IMG/VR virus record: IMGVR_UViG_3300025782_000027
Span: 1 to 40,752 of that record
Length of the DNA: 40,752 nucleotides
Origin: a virus
Lineage: Duplodnaviria; Caudoviricetes
Strand: one strand, 5' to 3'
Part shown: one piece after another, positions 1-9,208 of the stretch
Position numbering within the stretch: position 1 is the first letter of the stretch
Layout: each line of letters opens with the position of its first letter
Notes under the pieces: generated by a model
The model's input: the letters and a program-made list of their open reading frames with translations, nothing else
What the model was told of the DNA's origin: nothing
Databases searched by the model: none
Translations under genes and position numbers: made by a program

Positions 1-1113
1 GTAGGTCAGTTGTTTGCAGGTACAGGCGTGCCAACAGCAACATACATTACTGCAGTTAATGGCGCTACGATTACGATTAATAAGGCATTTACAGCTCAAG
101 CCGCTGGTACATATAACTCATATGCACCTGGTGGACTGGGTACTTATCAAGTTAGCTCTGCACAAACTACTGGTACTGGCACTTTAACTGCCACAACCAC
201 ATACGCCGCTCAGACTTGGTTAATTCAATCTGTGCCATCTACAACCACAATGATTCTTCCAATTCAATTGTTGACAGGTGTAACAGCCACAACAAACCCA
301 ACTGGAACATATTGGGGTGCAAATCAGTGGGTTGGTAAATTTGTTTACTACCAAGCTAGTTTGCCATCTATCAGTGCTATTTCAAATCCCGCATCTGGAA
401 CTGTAGCTGGTATTACAAACTACACATCTACAATTACATTTAGCTCTGCTCATAATTTGAAACAGGGAGATGTAATTATTATTAGCGGATCAACTCCCGC
501 TTATATGAATGGCATTTACTCTGTAACAATACCAACTACAAACCCAACTACTACGGTTGTGGTTAGCTGGGGTTATTTTGCTAGTGCTCCTGCAAACTAT
601 TCTTCTGGAGCCAGTGCAGTTAGCCCATACACAGGTCGTATTACATCAAATACAACCAGTGCAATAACATTTGGAGATGTTGTTACGGGTTTACCATTAG
701 CAAATGGCCCATCATCTGGCAATAGCTATCAGATTGGTTTGATTGATCGCGGTCAATTATTGCCTGCAACATTGTTATTAAATTCATCTGCAACTTGTTT
801 GGTTGAGTTAATTTCAAGCACGCCTACAAACCAATTGTCTTTAAGTCAAGCAAGCTTTGTTCCTTTAAACACATTGGGTTCATATAACTCATTTGCTGAG
901 CAGGATTTAAGTGCTACGACTTTGGCTGGCGGTGAAGTTGTATACGCATTTTCAACACCTCCAAATGGTTTGCAACAGCTTGATTTGGGTAACTTCTTCC
1001 CAGTACTTACCAACATTAAAGGTAACGTAGCCGACATTTTGACGGTTGCTGTAACTTCTTCTGCTGGTGCTACGGTTCAGGTTAACGTTGTTGCACAAGA
1101 GGCGATGGCATAA
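1..1113 (+). CDS. Virion structural / fibre-like beta-rich protein, 5'-truncated
   Basis: Frame is open from base 1; Thr/Ser/Gly-rich beta-type sequence (e.g. TITFSSAHNLKQGDVIIISGS); TAATG overlap with the next gene. Confidence 0.6.
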   Translation, partial: VGQLFAGTGVPTATYITAVNGATITINKAFTAQAAGTYNSYAPGGLGTYQVSSAQTTGTGTLTATTTYAAQTWLIQSVPSTTTMILPIQLLTGVTATTNPTGTYWGANQWVGKFVYYQASLPSISAISNPASGTVAGITNYTSTITFSSAHNLKQGDVIIISGSTPAYMNGIYSVTIPTTNPTTTVVVSWGYFASAPANYSSGASAVSPYTGRITSNTTSAITFGDVVTGLPLANGPSSGNSYQIGLIDRGQLLPATLLLNSSATCLVELISSTPTNQLSLSQASFVPLNTLGSYNSFAEQDLSATTLAGGEVVYAFSTPPNGLQQLDLGNFFPVLTNIKGNVADILTVAVTSSAGATVQVNVVAQEAMA

Positions 1114-1400
1114 TGAGTACTCCAGCTTGGCAACGTGCGGAAGGTAAAAATCCCAATGGTGGATTGAATGCCAAAGGCCGTGCGTCAGCCAAGAAGGAGG
1201 GCCATAATCTAAAACCTCCACAGCCAGAGGGCGGTTCAAGAAAGAAATCTTTTTGCGCAAGAATGGAAGGCATGAAGAAAAAGTTAACTTCTGAGAAAAC
1301 GGCAAATGATCCCAACAGCCGTATTAACAAAAGTTTACGAGTTTGGAAATGTGCTGATGGATGTGCAATTCGTGGTCTTACAAAAGGCACAATGAGGTAA
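1113..1400 (+). CDS. Small basic phage protein (DUF6321-like) with a C-terminal ADGC..G.TKG motif
   Basis: PAWQRAEGKNPNGGLNAKGRAS and RKKSFCARM motifs recalled from aquatic phage late regions; translationally coupled start. Confidence 0.7.
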   Translation: MSTPAWQRAEGKNPNGGLNAKGRASAKKEGHNLKPPQPEGGSRKKSFCARMEGMKKKLTSEKTANDPNSRINKSLRVWKCADGCAIRGLTKGTMR

Positions 1401-1402
1401 AC

Positions 1403-1591
1403 ATGGCAGATATTGAATTAACAGAACGTGAACAAGCTATAGCCAAAGAAGCGGCAAAGATTGCCATTGAAGAATTGGCTGGTGAGTTTTACAAACAAGT
1501 TGGTAAGACTGTTATCAATAAAATTCTTGTTTGGGTTGGAGCAATTGTTATTGGATTTGCTTTTGGAAAAGGTTGGATCGTAAAACTTTAA
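1403..1591 (+). CDS. Small single-TM membrane protein
   Basis: GAGG RBS then ATG at 1403 (MADIELTERE...); C-terminal hydrophobic helix ILVWVGAIVIGFAFG. Confidence 0.7.
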   Translation: MADIELTEREQAIAKEAAKIAIEELAGEFYKQVGKTVINKILVWVGAIVIGFAFGKGWIVKL

Positions 1592-1592
1592 T

Positions 1593-2078
1593 ATGCCAAG
1601 TACTAGCAAAAAACAACATAATTTCATGGAGGCGGTGGCCCACAATCCAGCGTTCGCCAAGAAAGTGGGAGTCCCGCGTAGCGTGGGGCAAGAGTTCAGT
1701 AAAGCGGACAAAGGCCGCACATTCAATAAAGGTGGAGAAATGAAAGATCACGAAGCTCACGGGCATCACATGAAAATGGCTCATCATCATTTAAAAATGG
1801 CGATGAAACATGGCGGCGCAACACATCACAAATATGCTGAAGGCGGCCAGGTTACTGGTAAGCACGGCGTTGAAGAGAAAAAAGGCATGACTACAGCCAA
1901 GATGGGCAAAGTTACTGCTGGCGGTAGAAAGCCACATGGCGAGCACTCTGTTGAGAAAAAGGGCGCTACAAAAGCTATGATGCCTAAAATGAAGGGCAAC
2001 ACAGTTGGTGACGGTCCTTTGTACAACGTAAAAGGCCCAGCCATGAAGCATGGCGGTAAAACTCATCACAAAAGATAA
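1593..2078 (+). CDS. Lys/His/Met-rich protein with multiple xxGG motifs, putative internal head protein
   Basis: MPSTSKKQHNFMEAVAHNPAFAKKVG N-terminus; FNKGG, MKHGG (x2), YAEGG. Confidence 0.7.
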   Translation: MPSTSKKQHNFMEAVAHNPAFAKKVGVPRSVGQEFSKADKGRTFNKGGEMKDHEAHGHHMKMAHHHLKMAMKHGGATHHKYAEGGQVTGKHGVEEKKGMTTAKMGKVTAGGRKPHGEHSVEKKGATKAMMPKMKGNTVGDGPLYNVKGPAMKHGGKTHHKR

Positions 2079-2087
2079 GGACTAAAA

Positions 2088-2321
2088 ATGTCACATCCAG
2101 AACACCACAAGCATATTCACGAAGCTGGCCATGAGCATCATCATGAGCACAAGCATATGGTTCACCATTTGAAAGAGCATGAAGAGGGTGGGCATAAACA
2201 CCATCATCATCATTATGGTGAGCACGCCGCTGGTCACACCAAGCATCATGAAACTGTAGAGCACCTGCATAAGCATCAAGCTTACAAGCATGGTGGTCAT
2301 GTACATCATCACAAAGGATAA
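2088..2321 (+). CDS. Histidine-rich small protein (32 His of 77 aa)
   Basis: AAGGA RBS, ATG start, in operon; His counted by hand. Confidence 0.75.
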   Translation: MSHPEHHKHIHEAGHEHHHEHKHMVHHLKEHEEGGHKHHHHHYGEHAAGHTKHHETVEHLHKHQAYKHGGHVHHHKG

Positions 2322-2324
2322 ATC

Positions 2325-2525
2325 ATGCCAATGCCTATGCCAATGCGTGCACCTATGGCTGGAAGAATGCCTGTTAAGCCAGCAATGGCGGCGGCTCGTC
2401 CAGGCGGTATGATGAAAAAAGGTGGTATGGCTCATCGTTGTCACGAGCGTGCCGATGGTTGTGCTGAAAAAGGCCATACCAAAGGCAAGATTGTGATGTG
2501 TGGCGGCGGCCACGTTAAAGGATAA
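2325..2525 (+). CDS. Small Met/Lys-rich protein with MKKGG and ADGC..GHTKG motifs
   Basis: AAGGA RBS; motifs shared with neighbouring genes. Confidence 0.7.
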   Translation: MPMPMPMRAPMAGRMPVKPAMAAARPGGMMKKGGMAHRCHERADGCAEKGHTKGKIVMCGGGHVKG

Positions 2526-2528
2526 ATC

Positions 2529-2804
2529 ATGGCTACAAAAAATGCTGGGGGCGGCAGAGGTTTTATAAATCCTCAACGCACGGATGAATCAGATGCAGAT
2601 TATGTGTCACCTAAAGATCGTTACGAATCTGAAAAAGAGCGTAGCGAGCAAGAAACCCAAACTAGAACTAATACTGCCGCTGAAGAAGCCAGTAAAGGTA
2701 TGAAAAAGGGTGGCAAGGTTAAGCATAAGATGGCTAAAGGTGGCGCATCACACCGTGCAGACGGTTGCATTGAGCGCGGTCACACCAAAGGGCATATGCG
2801 ATGA
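2529..2804 (+). CDS. Small protein with MKKGG/MAKGG and ADGC..GHTKG motifs
   Basis: AAGGA RBS; motifs shared with neighbouring genes. Confidence 0.7.
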   Translation: MATKNAGGGRGFINPQRTDESDADYVSPKDRYESEKERSEQETQTRTNTAAEEASKGMKKGGKVKHKMAKGGASHRADGCIERGHTKGHMR

Positions 2805-3010
2805 TTTCAAGCCGTGGCATGGGTGATATTAATCCTTCTAAAGTGCCTGGCAAAAAGAAGGGTGGTGAAGTCTGGGATAAGCCCCGTCCAAAAGAACTGG
2901 GCAAACCAAAGAAGTTATCACCCAAAAAGAAAGCCAAGGCTAAAGCAATGGCAAAAGCCGCTGGTAGACCTTATCCTAATTTAGTTGACAATATGAGGGC
3001 CGCAAAATGA
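2801..3010 (+). CDS. Small basic protein (SRGMG...KKKGG...AGRPYPNLVDNM)
   Basis: ATGA overlaps at both ends; very Lys-rich. Confidence 0.7.
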   Translation: MISSRGMGDINPSKVPGKKKGGEVWDKPRPKELGKPKKLSPKKKAKAKAMAKAAGRPYPNLVDNMRAAK

Positions 3011-3333
3011 GTTTATTTAAACATCTTGAAGAAAAAGCTGAATATATACTTGCCGAGTTAAAAATCCGTGCAATACATCAGCAAAGAGATCATGGCCATA
3101 TTGCTGATGATCTTAAGAAAATAATTGAACAATTGGAGGGTCATGTCAATGTTCAAGCTCCTACTGAAACAATTGATCCCGTTGTTGTTAACAATGTTAG
3201 TTCTGCTCCTGCCGTGGATAATAGAGAGCCTGTTGCGGATATATCTGTCGAATCAGTCGCATCTGTTGTAACGACTGAAGTGCAACAAGTTGCACCTGTG
3301 GCAATACCTTTGACCTGCGTTGCACCTCAATAA
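3007..3333 (+). CDS. Hypothetical protein with helical N-terminus and low-complexity C-terminus
   Basis: Coupled ATGA start and TAATG end; carries one copy of the 16-bp palindrome. Confidence 0.65.
   Translation: MSLFKHLEEKAEYILAELKIRAIHQQRDHGHIADDLKKIIEQLEGHVNVQAPTETIDPVVVNNVSSAPAVDNREPVADISVESVASVVTTEVQQVAPVAIPLTCVAPQ
3280..3295. repeat. 16-bp palindrome GTGCAACAAGTTGCAC, perfect copy
   Basis: Read directly from the sequence. Confidence 0.95.
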
Positions 3334-4283
3334 TGGCTACTACTTCAGGCTCCTCCGCGTTTAATCTTCAGTTAACTGACGTTATAGAAGAGGCATATGA
3401 GCGCGTTGGAGTTGAAGTAAGAACTGGTTATGACGTAAAAACTGCCAGGCGTTCTCTCAATCTATTGTTTACAGACTGGGCCAATCGTGGCCTTAATATG
3501 TGGACGTTTGAGCAAGACTATATCCCGCTGGTACAAGGCCAGCCAACATACGCATTACCTGATGACACAGTAGATATTATTGAAAACGTCATTAGAACCA
3601 ATGCAAACGTAACAAATAATCAGGCTGATTTGACTATTACGCGTATTAGTATTGATACTTACGCTACCTTGCCTAACAAATTGATCCAAGGAAGGCCCAT
3701 TCAGGTCTGGATTCAGCGTTTAACGGCTAACAATCAACCCACTAGCAATGCTATTTCTGCCGCTATTGGGGCAACAGATACTACTATTGCTGTAAATTCA
3801 CTTGTTGGTTTACCAAATGCAGGGTGGATTACGCTAGAGTCTGAGTTAATTGGGTATAACGAGGTACAACCAGCCGCAAATGGTAACCCTCCTTACCTAT
3901 TAAACTGTACGAGAGGGCAACAAAGTTCGACTGCCGCATCTCATGCGCTGGGTACACCCATCATTTTGTCCCAAAAGAACAGTATTACCGTATGGCCAAC
4001 CCCAGATGCCGCATCAAGTTACCAGTTTGTATACTGGAGATTACGCAGAATGCAAGATGTTGGTAACGGCGTTAACATTATGGACGTACCATTTAGGTTT
4101 ATTAACTGTATGGTGTCTGGATTGGCTTACTATTTGGCATTAAAAGTACCAGATGGGCTGAATAGACTACAAATACTCAAGCAACAATATGAAGAAGCTT
4201 GGGATTTAGCCTCAACAGAAGACAGAGAGAAGGCTTCCTTGCGGTTTGTACCTCAGAGAATGTACATTGGTGGTGGAACTTAA
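3333..4283 (+). CDS. Putative head-tail adaptor (podovirus connector-type) with an inserted beta domain
   Basis: DVIEEAYER...ARRSLNLLFTDWANRG, TVWPTPD and GLAYYLA pattern typical of adaptor-like phage proteins; gene position. Confidence 0.6.
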   Translation: MATTSGSSAFNLQLTDVIEEAYERVGVEVRTGYDVKTARRSLNLLFTDWANRGLNMWTFEQDYIPLVQGQPTYALPDDTVDIIENVIRTNANVTNNQADLTITRISIDTYATLPNKLIQGRPIQVWIQRLTANNQPTSNAISAAIGATDTTIAVNSLVGLPNAGWITLESELIGYNEVQPAANGNPPYLLNCTRGQQSSTAASHALGTPIILSQKNSITVWPTPDAASSYQFVYWRLRRMQDVGNGVNIMDVPFRFINCMVSGLAYYLALKVPDGLNRLQILKQQYEEAWDLASTEDREKASLRFVPQRMYIGGGT

Positions 4284-4711
4284 TGGGAAACAGGTTTTCT
4301 TCTGGCAAAAACTCGATTGCCGAGTGTGATCGGTGTGGTTTTCGCTATAAGTTGTTTGATCTTAAGAAAGAGATCATCAAAACCAAGACATATGACCTGA
4401 AAGTGTGCCCAACTTGTTGGGATCCTGATCAACCACAGTTGCAACTTGGTATGTATCCAGTGGATGACCCACAAGGCGTGCGTGATCCAAGGCCTGATAT
4501 AAGTTATTATCAATCTGGCACAACTGGATTGCAAACTTGTAAGGGTAACGGTACAAATACATTGCAAGATGGGTATCCTAGCGAAGGTAGCAGGGTATTT
4601 CAATGGGGTTGGAATCCAGTTGGAGGAGCAAGTTCATTTGATGTTGCTCTTACACAGAATGACTTGCAGTTAAACGTGCAAGTTGGTACAGTCACTATAG
4701 TCACAACGTAG
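4283..4711 (+). CDS. Conserved phage protein with a CxxC...CxxC zinc ribbon
   Basis: TAATG coupling gives start MGNRFSSGK; CDRC and CPTC; WDPDQPQL and DPQGVRDPRPD. Confidence 0.7.
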   Translation: MGNRFSSGKNSIAECDRCGFRYKLFDLKKEIIKTKTYDLKVCPTCWDPDQPQLQLGMYPVDDPQGVRDPRPDISYYQSGTTGLQTCKGNGTNTLQDGYPSEGSRVFQWGWNPVGGASSFDVALTQNDLQLNVQVGTVTIVTT

Positions 4712-4719
4712 GAGCAATC

Positions 4720-4950
4720 ATGAAACATGACGATATTCAAGAAGACAAAAAGCTGATCAAAAAGGCTTTTAGTATGCACGACAAACAAGAGCATCCTGGT
4801 AAGCACACCAACTTATCCAAGCTTAAAAAAGGTGGCAAAACCGCCAAAAAGATGGCTAAAGGCGGTTCAGTTAGTGGACAATCTATGAAAGCAATGGGTC
4901 GCAATATGGCTCGTGCAATGAACCAGAGAAGTTCTGGTCGCGGAGGTTAA
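4720..4950 (+). CDS. Small basic protein with LKKGG/MAKGG motifs
   Basis: AGGAG RBS; DKKLIKKAFSMHDKQEH motif. Confidence 0.75.
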   Translation: MKHDDIQEDKKLIKKAFSMHDKQEHPGKHTNLSKLKKGGKTAKKMAKGGSVSGQSMKAMGRNMARAMNQRSSGRGG

Positions 4951-4951
4951 T

Positions 4952-5263
4952 ATGAAAACTATGGTTAAACCAACCAAGAAGAATAGCCCAGCTATTCACA
5001 GAGCAAAAGATGTTCACAATGGCAATGCTGAAGAATATGCGCCCCCCCACACAATGGAAGGGAAGCGTATTAGCCCTAAGACCGATTCTTTTGTTCATAC
5101 AGACCCAAACACACTTAATGCCAAACAACAAGGTCGTTTGACAGGCACATTGCGCGTTAGCATGGGTGATCCTGGCGCTGATGATGTTAAGACTAGCGGC
5201 ATCAAAATGCGTGGTGCTGGAGCGGCTGAACGTGGCTTTATGTCCAGAGGTCCGATGGCATGA
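4952..5263 (+). CDS. Small protein ending GIKMRGAGAAERGFMSRGPMA
   Basis: GGAGG RBS; ATGA overlap with the next gene. Confidence 0.7.
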   Translation: MKTMVKPTKKNSPAIHRAKDVHNGNAEEYAPPHTMEGKRISPKTDSFVHTDPNTLNAKQQGRLTGTLRVSMGDPGADDVKTSGIKMRGAGAAERGFMSRGPMA

Positions 5264-6372
5264 GTTTAGATTACTCTCAGCTTTCTCAGTCTATACAGGA
5301 CTATCTACAAAACTATGAATCTACATTCATAGCGGATATTCCTACGTTTGTTGAGCAAGCTGAGCAAAGAATCTATAACACGGTTCAATTTCCATCTTTG
5401 CGCAAGAATGTTACTGGTGTTTTGACAGCTTATAACCCTTATTTAGCTTGTCCTTCAGACTTTCTTGCGCCGTACTCTTTAGCCATTTATACAACCGCAT
5501 CTGCGACTGCAACGGGCACGGCTGGTACTTACACAATTACTACATCGGGAACTGTTACAGGAAACATCCAGATTGGCCAATATGTAACTGGAACTGGGAT
5601 AGGTGCTAGCGCTTATGTCACATCTGTATCTGGAACTACTGTTTATTTGTCTGTGGTTAATGCTAGCAGTGTTAGCGGAACAATTAACTTCCAGGGGCAA
5701 TATAACTATTTGCTTAATAAAGATGTTAACTATATGCGTGAGGCGTTTCCGCTTCCCAATTATTACGCTACACCAGGATATTACGCACTATTTGGGCCGT
5801 CCGTAGTCAGTTTAGCGATTACAAATAATCTATCGTTTATTGTTGGGCCTACGCCTGATATTGGATATAACGCAGAAATGCACTATTATTATTATCCTGT
5901 TTCTATTGTTCAGTCTGCTATTAATACAACAAGCATTTATACGGCTGGATCAGGATATACGAACGGAACATATTACAACACAGCACTTACAGGTGGTACT
6001 GGAAGCGGTGCAAAAGCCGATATTGTTGTATCTGGAGGTGCTGTAACGTCAGTAACAATGAGCTCAAACGGCTCTTATTTTGCTCAAAATGACTTGTTAA
6101 CAGCGTCTATTACAGGCGGTACAGGGTTCCAATTGCAAGTTACATCTATTAATAATCCAACAGGAACAAGCTGGTTGGGTCAAAATTTTGATTCAGTTTT
6201 GCTTTATGGGGCGCTTGTAGAGGCGTATACCTTTATAAAAGGCGAGACTGATTTAATAACTCTTTACGATAAAAAGTACAACGAAGCATTAGCAATTGCT
6301 AAACGTCTGGGTGATGGCATGGAACGTCAAGACGCTTACAGGGCTGGTCAATATAGACAGGCGGTTAAATAA
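5260..6372 (+). CDS. Putative tail adaptor / tail tubular A-like protein with two inserted beta modules
   Basis: IPTFVEQAEQRIYN, GPTPD and LLYGALVEAYTFIKG motifs; Thr/Gly-rich insertions. Confidence 0.6.
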   Translation: MSLDYSQLSQSIQDYLQNYESTFIADIPTFVEQAEQRIYNTVQFPSLRKNVTGVLTAYNPYLACPSDFLAPYSLAIYTTASATATGTAGTYTITTSGTVTGNIQIGQYVTGTGIGASAYVTSVSGTTVYLSVVNASSVSGTINFQGQYNYLLNKDVNYMREAFPLPNYYATPGYYALFGPSVVSLAITNNLSFIVGPTPDIGYNAEMHYYYYPVSIVQSAINTTSIYTAGSGYTNGTYYNTALTGGTGSGAKADIVVSGGAVTSVTMSSNGSYFAQNDLLTASITGGTGFQLQVTSINNPTGTSWLGQNFDSVLLYGALVEAYTFIKGETDLITLYDKKYNEALAIAKRLGDGMERQDAYRAGQYRQAVK

Positions 6373-6815
6373 TGGCGTTTCAACAAGGTGCAACAACTAG
6401 CTTTAAAGTTCAGCTTGCACAAGGCTTGCATAACTTTGGACCTACCAATCCAAATACTTTTTATATTGCTTTATTCAATGGGTCGGCAACGCTTGGTCCA
6501 TCAACAACGCAATATGTATCTGGTTTGACGGGTGAAGTGGTTGGAACTGGATATACCGCTGGTGGCCAGGCTTTGACAATAAGTACAACACCAACATCTG
6601 GATCAACGGGTGCAACGGTAGGATATTGGTCATTTAATAATGCCGTTTGGAGTCCTGCCGCCTTTACTGTTAGAGGCGCATTAATTTACAATGCAAGTCA
6701 AAGTAATGCAACAGTTTGCGTATTAGATTTTGGTAGTGATAAAACTTGTTCTAATTCATTTACTATTCAATTCCCAGTTGCTGGGTCTACAACAGCCATT
6801 CTAAGGATTGCATAA
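6372..6815 (+). CDS. Virion structural protein, paralog of 7017-7496
   Basis: TSFK...HNF...TFYIALF...EVVGTGYTAGG...F.IQFP...AILRI pattern. Confidence 0.65.
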   Translation: MAFQQGATTSFKVQLAQGLHNFGPTNPNTFYIALFNGSATLGPSTTQYVSGLTGEVVGTGYTAGGQALTISTTPTSGSTGATVGYWSFNNAVWSPAAFTVRGALIYNASQSNATVCVLDFGSDKTCSNSFTIQFPVAGSTTAILRIA

Positions 6816-7006
6816 TGCTTATTACAACAACAAAAGGCGATATGGATGATTCTCTTCTTGTGAAGAAAGAGGGTTCTATCGACAATGATATTGAAACAAC
6901 TACCTGGGTTGAGTATTATTACGAAGATGAATTGGTTCACCGTTCTGCTCATGTAACGCTTAAAACCAGCCCTTTTATGGATTTAATAGCCGCATCAATG
7001 GCATAA
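6815..7006 (+). CDS. Small acidic conserved phage protein
   Basis: TAATG coupling; TTKGDMD...WVEY...VHRSAHV. Confidence 0.65.
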   Translation: MLITTTKGDMDDSLLVKKEGSIDNDIETTTWVEYYYEDELVHRSAHVTLKTSPFMDLIAASMA

Positions 7007-7016
7007 GGAGAATATC

Positions 7017-7496
7017 TTGAGCAATACGCAATCAATGTGCACATCATTTTTGGGTCAGTTATTGTCTGCTGGGCACAACTTTAATTCAACAAACGTAGCC
7101 CGTTCTGCTAATACGGCTGATACATTTAAAGCCGCTTTGTATGTAACAACTGCTACAGTCAATGCCGCAACAACGGCTTATTCCGCAACCAACGAGGTAA
7201 GCGGTACAGGCTATACGGCGGGCGGTATCACGGTTACAAATGCAACGGCTCCGACTGCAACCAATTCGTCCTCAACGGCTGGAGTAGCGTATTGGACACC
7301 ATCTGCAAACTTGGTTTATTCAGGTGTTACATTGACAACGGCTTTTGATACTGTATTGATTTACAACTCAAGCCAATCAAATGCTTCGGTTAGCGTACAT
7401 ACGTTTGGTGCTCAAACTATTACCGCTGGAACATTTACGTTGACAATGCCTAGCAATTCAACAAGCTCAGCTCTTTTAAGATTGTCTACAACCTAA
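7017..7496 (+). CDS. Virion structural protein, paralog of 6372-6815 (TTG start)
   Basis: AGGAG RBS; CTSF...HNF...DTFKAALY...EVSGTGYTAGG...ALLRL. Confidence 0.65.
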   Translation: MSNTQSMCTSFLGQLLSAGHNFNSTNVARSANTADTFKAALYVTTATVNAATTAYSATNEVSGTGYTAGGITVTNATAPTATNSSSTAGVAYWTPSANLVYSGVTLTTAFDTVLIYNSSQSNASVSVHTFGAQTITAGTFTLTMPSNSTSSALLRLSTT

Positions 7497-7505
7497 AGGT
7501 AGATT

Positions 7506-7937
7506 ATGGCTGGATGGGGTGGTAATACCTGGGGTTCTGGTACATGGGGATTTGGAGCTTCCTCAATTACTGGTGTCCCTGCTGTTGGGAATGCGGGAAC
7601 GCTATCTAACGGTATTTCCATATCTTTAAATGGTGTTGGAGCTTCTGGATCTGTAGGTGCGGTTGGTGTTGCTTTAGGGGCGGTCATAGCAAGCGGATTT
7701 GTAGGATCTGCATCTCCAAGCATCAATATTGCATTGAGTGGGGTTGCGGCAAGTGGTGCTCCTGGATCGGTAAGTTTGGGCTCAAGGGGCGCTCAGATTT
7801 CTGGAGTTTTGGCTACTGGATCGGTTAGCACATTGAATCTTAGTTATTGGAGTTTAGTTAATGACAACCAGACTCCTTCGTGGCAAAATGTAGGTAATGA
7901 TGAATCTCCAAACTGGACGATAGTACCTACTCAATAG
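7506..7937 (+). CDS. Gly/Ser/Val-rich structural protein with WG repeats
   Basis: [14 protein letters not shown]-terminus; Trp-spaced C-terminus. Confidence 0.6.
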   Translation: MAGWGGNTWGSGTWGFGASSITGVPAVGNAGTLSNGISISLNGVGASGSVGAVGVALGAVIASGFVGSASPSINIALSGVAASGAPGSVSLGSRGAQISGVLATGSVSTLNLSYWSLVNDNQTPSWQNVGNDESPNWTIVPTQ

Positions 7938-7945
7938 GAAATGAG

Positions 7946-9199
7946 ATGACGATCAATTACACAACACTATTAGGACTAGCTCTTCCAGTTACAGGCACTG
8001 AATCTGGAGCATGGGGAGACGATGTATCACTTGGTATTACGCAGTATTTAGATATTACTGTTGCGGGTACAAATAACATTACCCAAGATTCAGATATTAC
8101 ACTTACCATTACCAACGGTAGTAGTTCAGGATCTAATATTGTTTCCTCTCCGAATTCAACGACTGCACAGTATATGCAACTTTTGTGCACTGGATCACGG
8201 ACGGCAAACAGAAATATAAATGCTCCCAATTCATCAAAGATGTACGTTGTTAACAATAGTACAACTGGTGGATATAGCATTACGATTCGCGGCACAACAG
8301 GCCCGACCACTGGCGTAACTGTAGCTAACGGCGAAAAAGCTTTGGTATTTTGGAGTAGCGTAGCAAGTGATTTTGTAAAGATTACATCTAGTTCCAACAT
8401 TGCAAACCTAACTGGTGGTGCAAATGGATCTGTTCCATACCAATCTGGTAGCAATACAACAACATTTTTAGCTGGAAATACAGGTACAACTCCACAGTTT
8501 TACACTTCTACTGGTACAGGATCTGCGGCCCAGGCTCCAACTTTAACTAGCTCTACTGGATCTGGTAGCGTTGTTTTGGCAACAAGTCCTACCCTGGTTA
8601 CCCCAGCTTTGGGTACGCCAGCATCTGGAGTTTTAACCAACGCAACAGGACTTCCATTAAGTACAGGTGTAACAGGAACTTTACCTATTGTTAACGGTGG
8701 TACAGGTTCTACTACTTTAGCAGGGGCTAATATTGCGTTGTTCAATACAACACAGACTTGGACCGCTACACAAACATTTAACGGTACATCTGCTACTGAA
8801 GCAGTAAAGACTTTGAATATTGCGGAGCCTGCTAACGTAGTGGGAACTGCCCCAACCGCAACAACAAACTTCTATATTAACAATGGCGCGGTTCAGTATT
8901 ACACGGCCAACAATGCCAATAACTGGACGCTAAACTTTGCGTTTTCATCTGGTACATCGCTTAACACGGCAATGTCTACGAATGATTCAATCTCTTGTAC
9001 GATGATTGTTACCAATACAACAACTGCATATTATCCTAGTGCATTTACTATTGACGGAACATCTGTAACGCCTAAGTGGCAGGGTGGAACCGCTCCTACG
9101 AGTGGGGATGCCAGTGCAATTGACAGTTATACTTTTGTCATTATTAAAACCGCTTCTGCAACCTATACTGTGCTTGCTTCTGTAACTAAGTTTGCATAA
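7946..9199 (+). CDS. Tail fibre / spike protein
   Basis: [17 protein letters not shown]-terminus; [19 protein letters not shown] and LPIVNGGTG fibre repeats; C-terminal PKWQGGTAP...DSYTF domain. Confidence 0.7.
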   Translation: MTINYTTLLGLALPVTGTESGAWGDDVSLGITQYLDITVAGTNNITQDSDITLTITNGSSSGSNIVSSPNSTTAQYMQLLCTGSRTANRNINAPNSSKMYVVNNSTTGGYSITIRGTTGPTTGVTVANGEKALVFWSSVASDFVKITSSSNIANLTGGANGSVPYQSGSNTTTFLAGNTGTTPQFYTSTGTGSAAQAPTLTSSTGSGSVVLATSPTLVTPALGTPASGVLTNATGLPLSTGVTGTLPIVNGGTGSTTLAGANIALFNTTQTWTATQTFNGTSATEAVKTLNIAEPANVVGTAPTATTNFYINNGAVQYYTANNANNWTLNFAFSSGTSLNTAMSTNDSISCTMIVTNTTTAYYPSAFTIDGTSVTPKWQGGTAPTSGDASAIDSYTFVIIKTASATYTVLASVTKFA

Positions 9200-9208
9200 G
9201 GATTATTA

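Noticed and set aside
2091-2576. 161-aa Met/Val-rich antisense ORF
   Set aside because: Mirror of CAT/CAC His codons on the + strand; no RBS or operon context
4408-4421. CCCAACTTGTTGGG palindrome resembling the 16-bp motif core
   Set aside because: Outer arms differ and it is explained by the CPTCW zinc-ribbon codons; not counted as a copy
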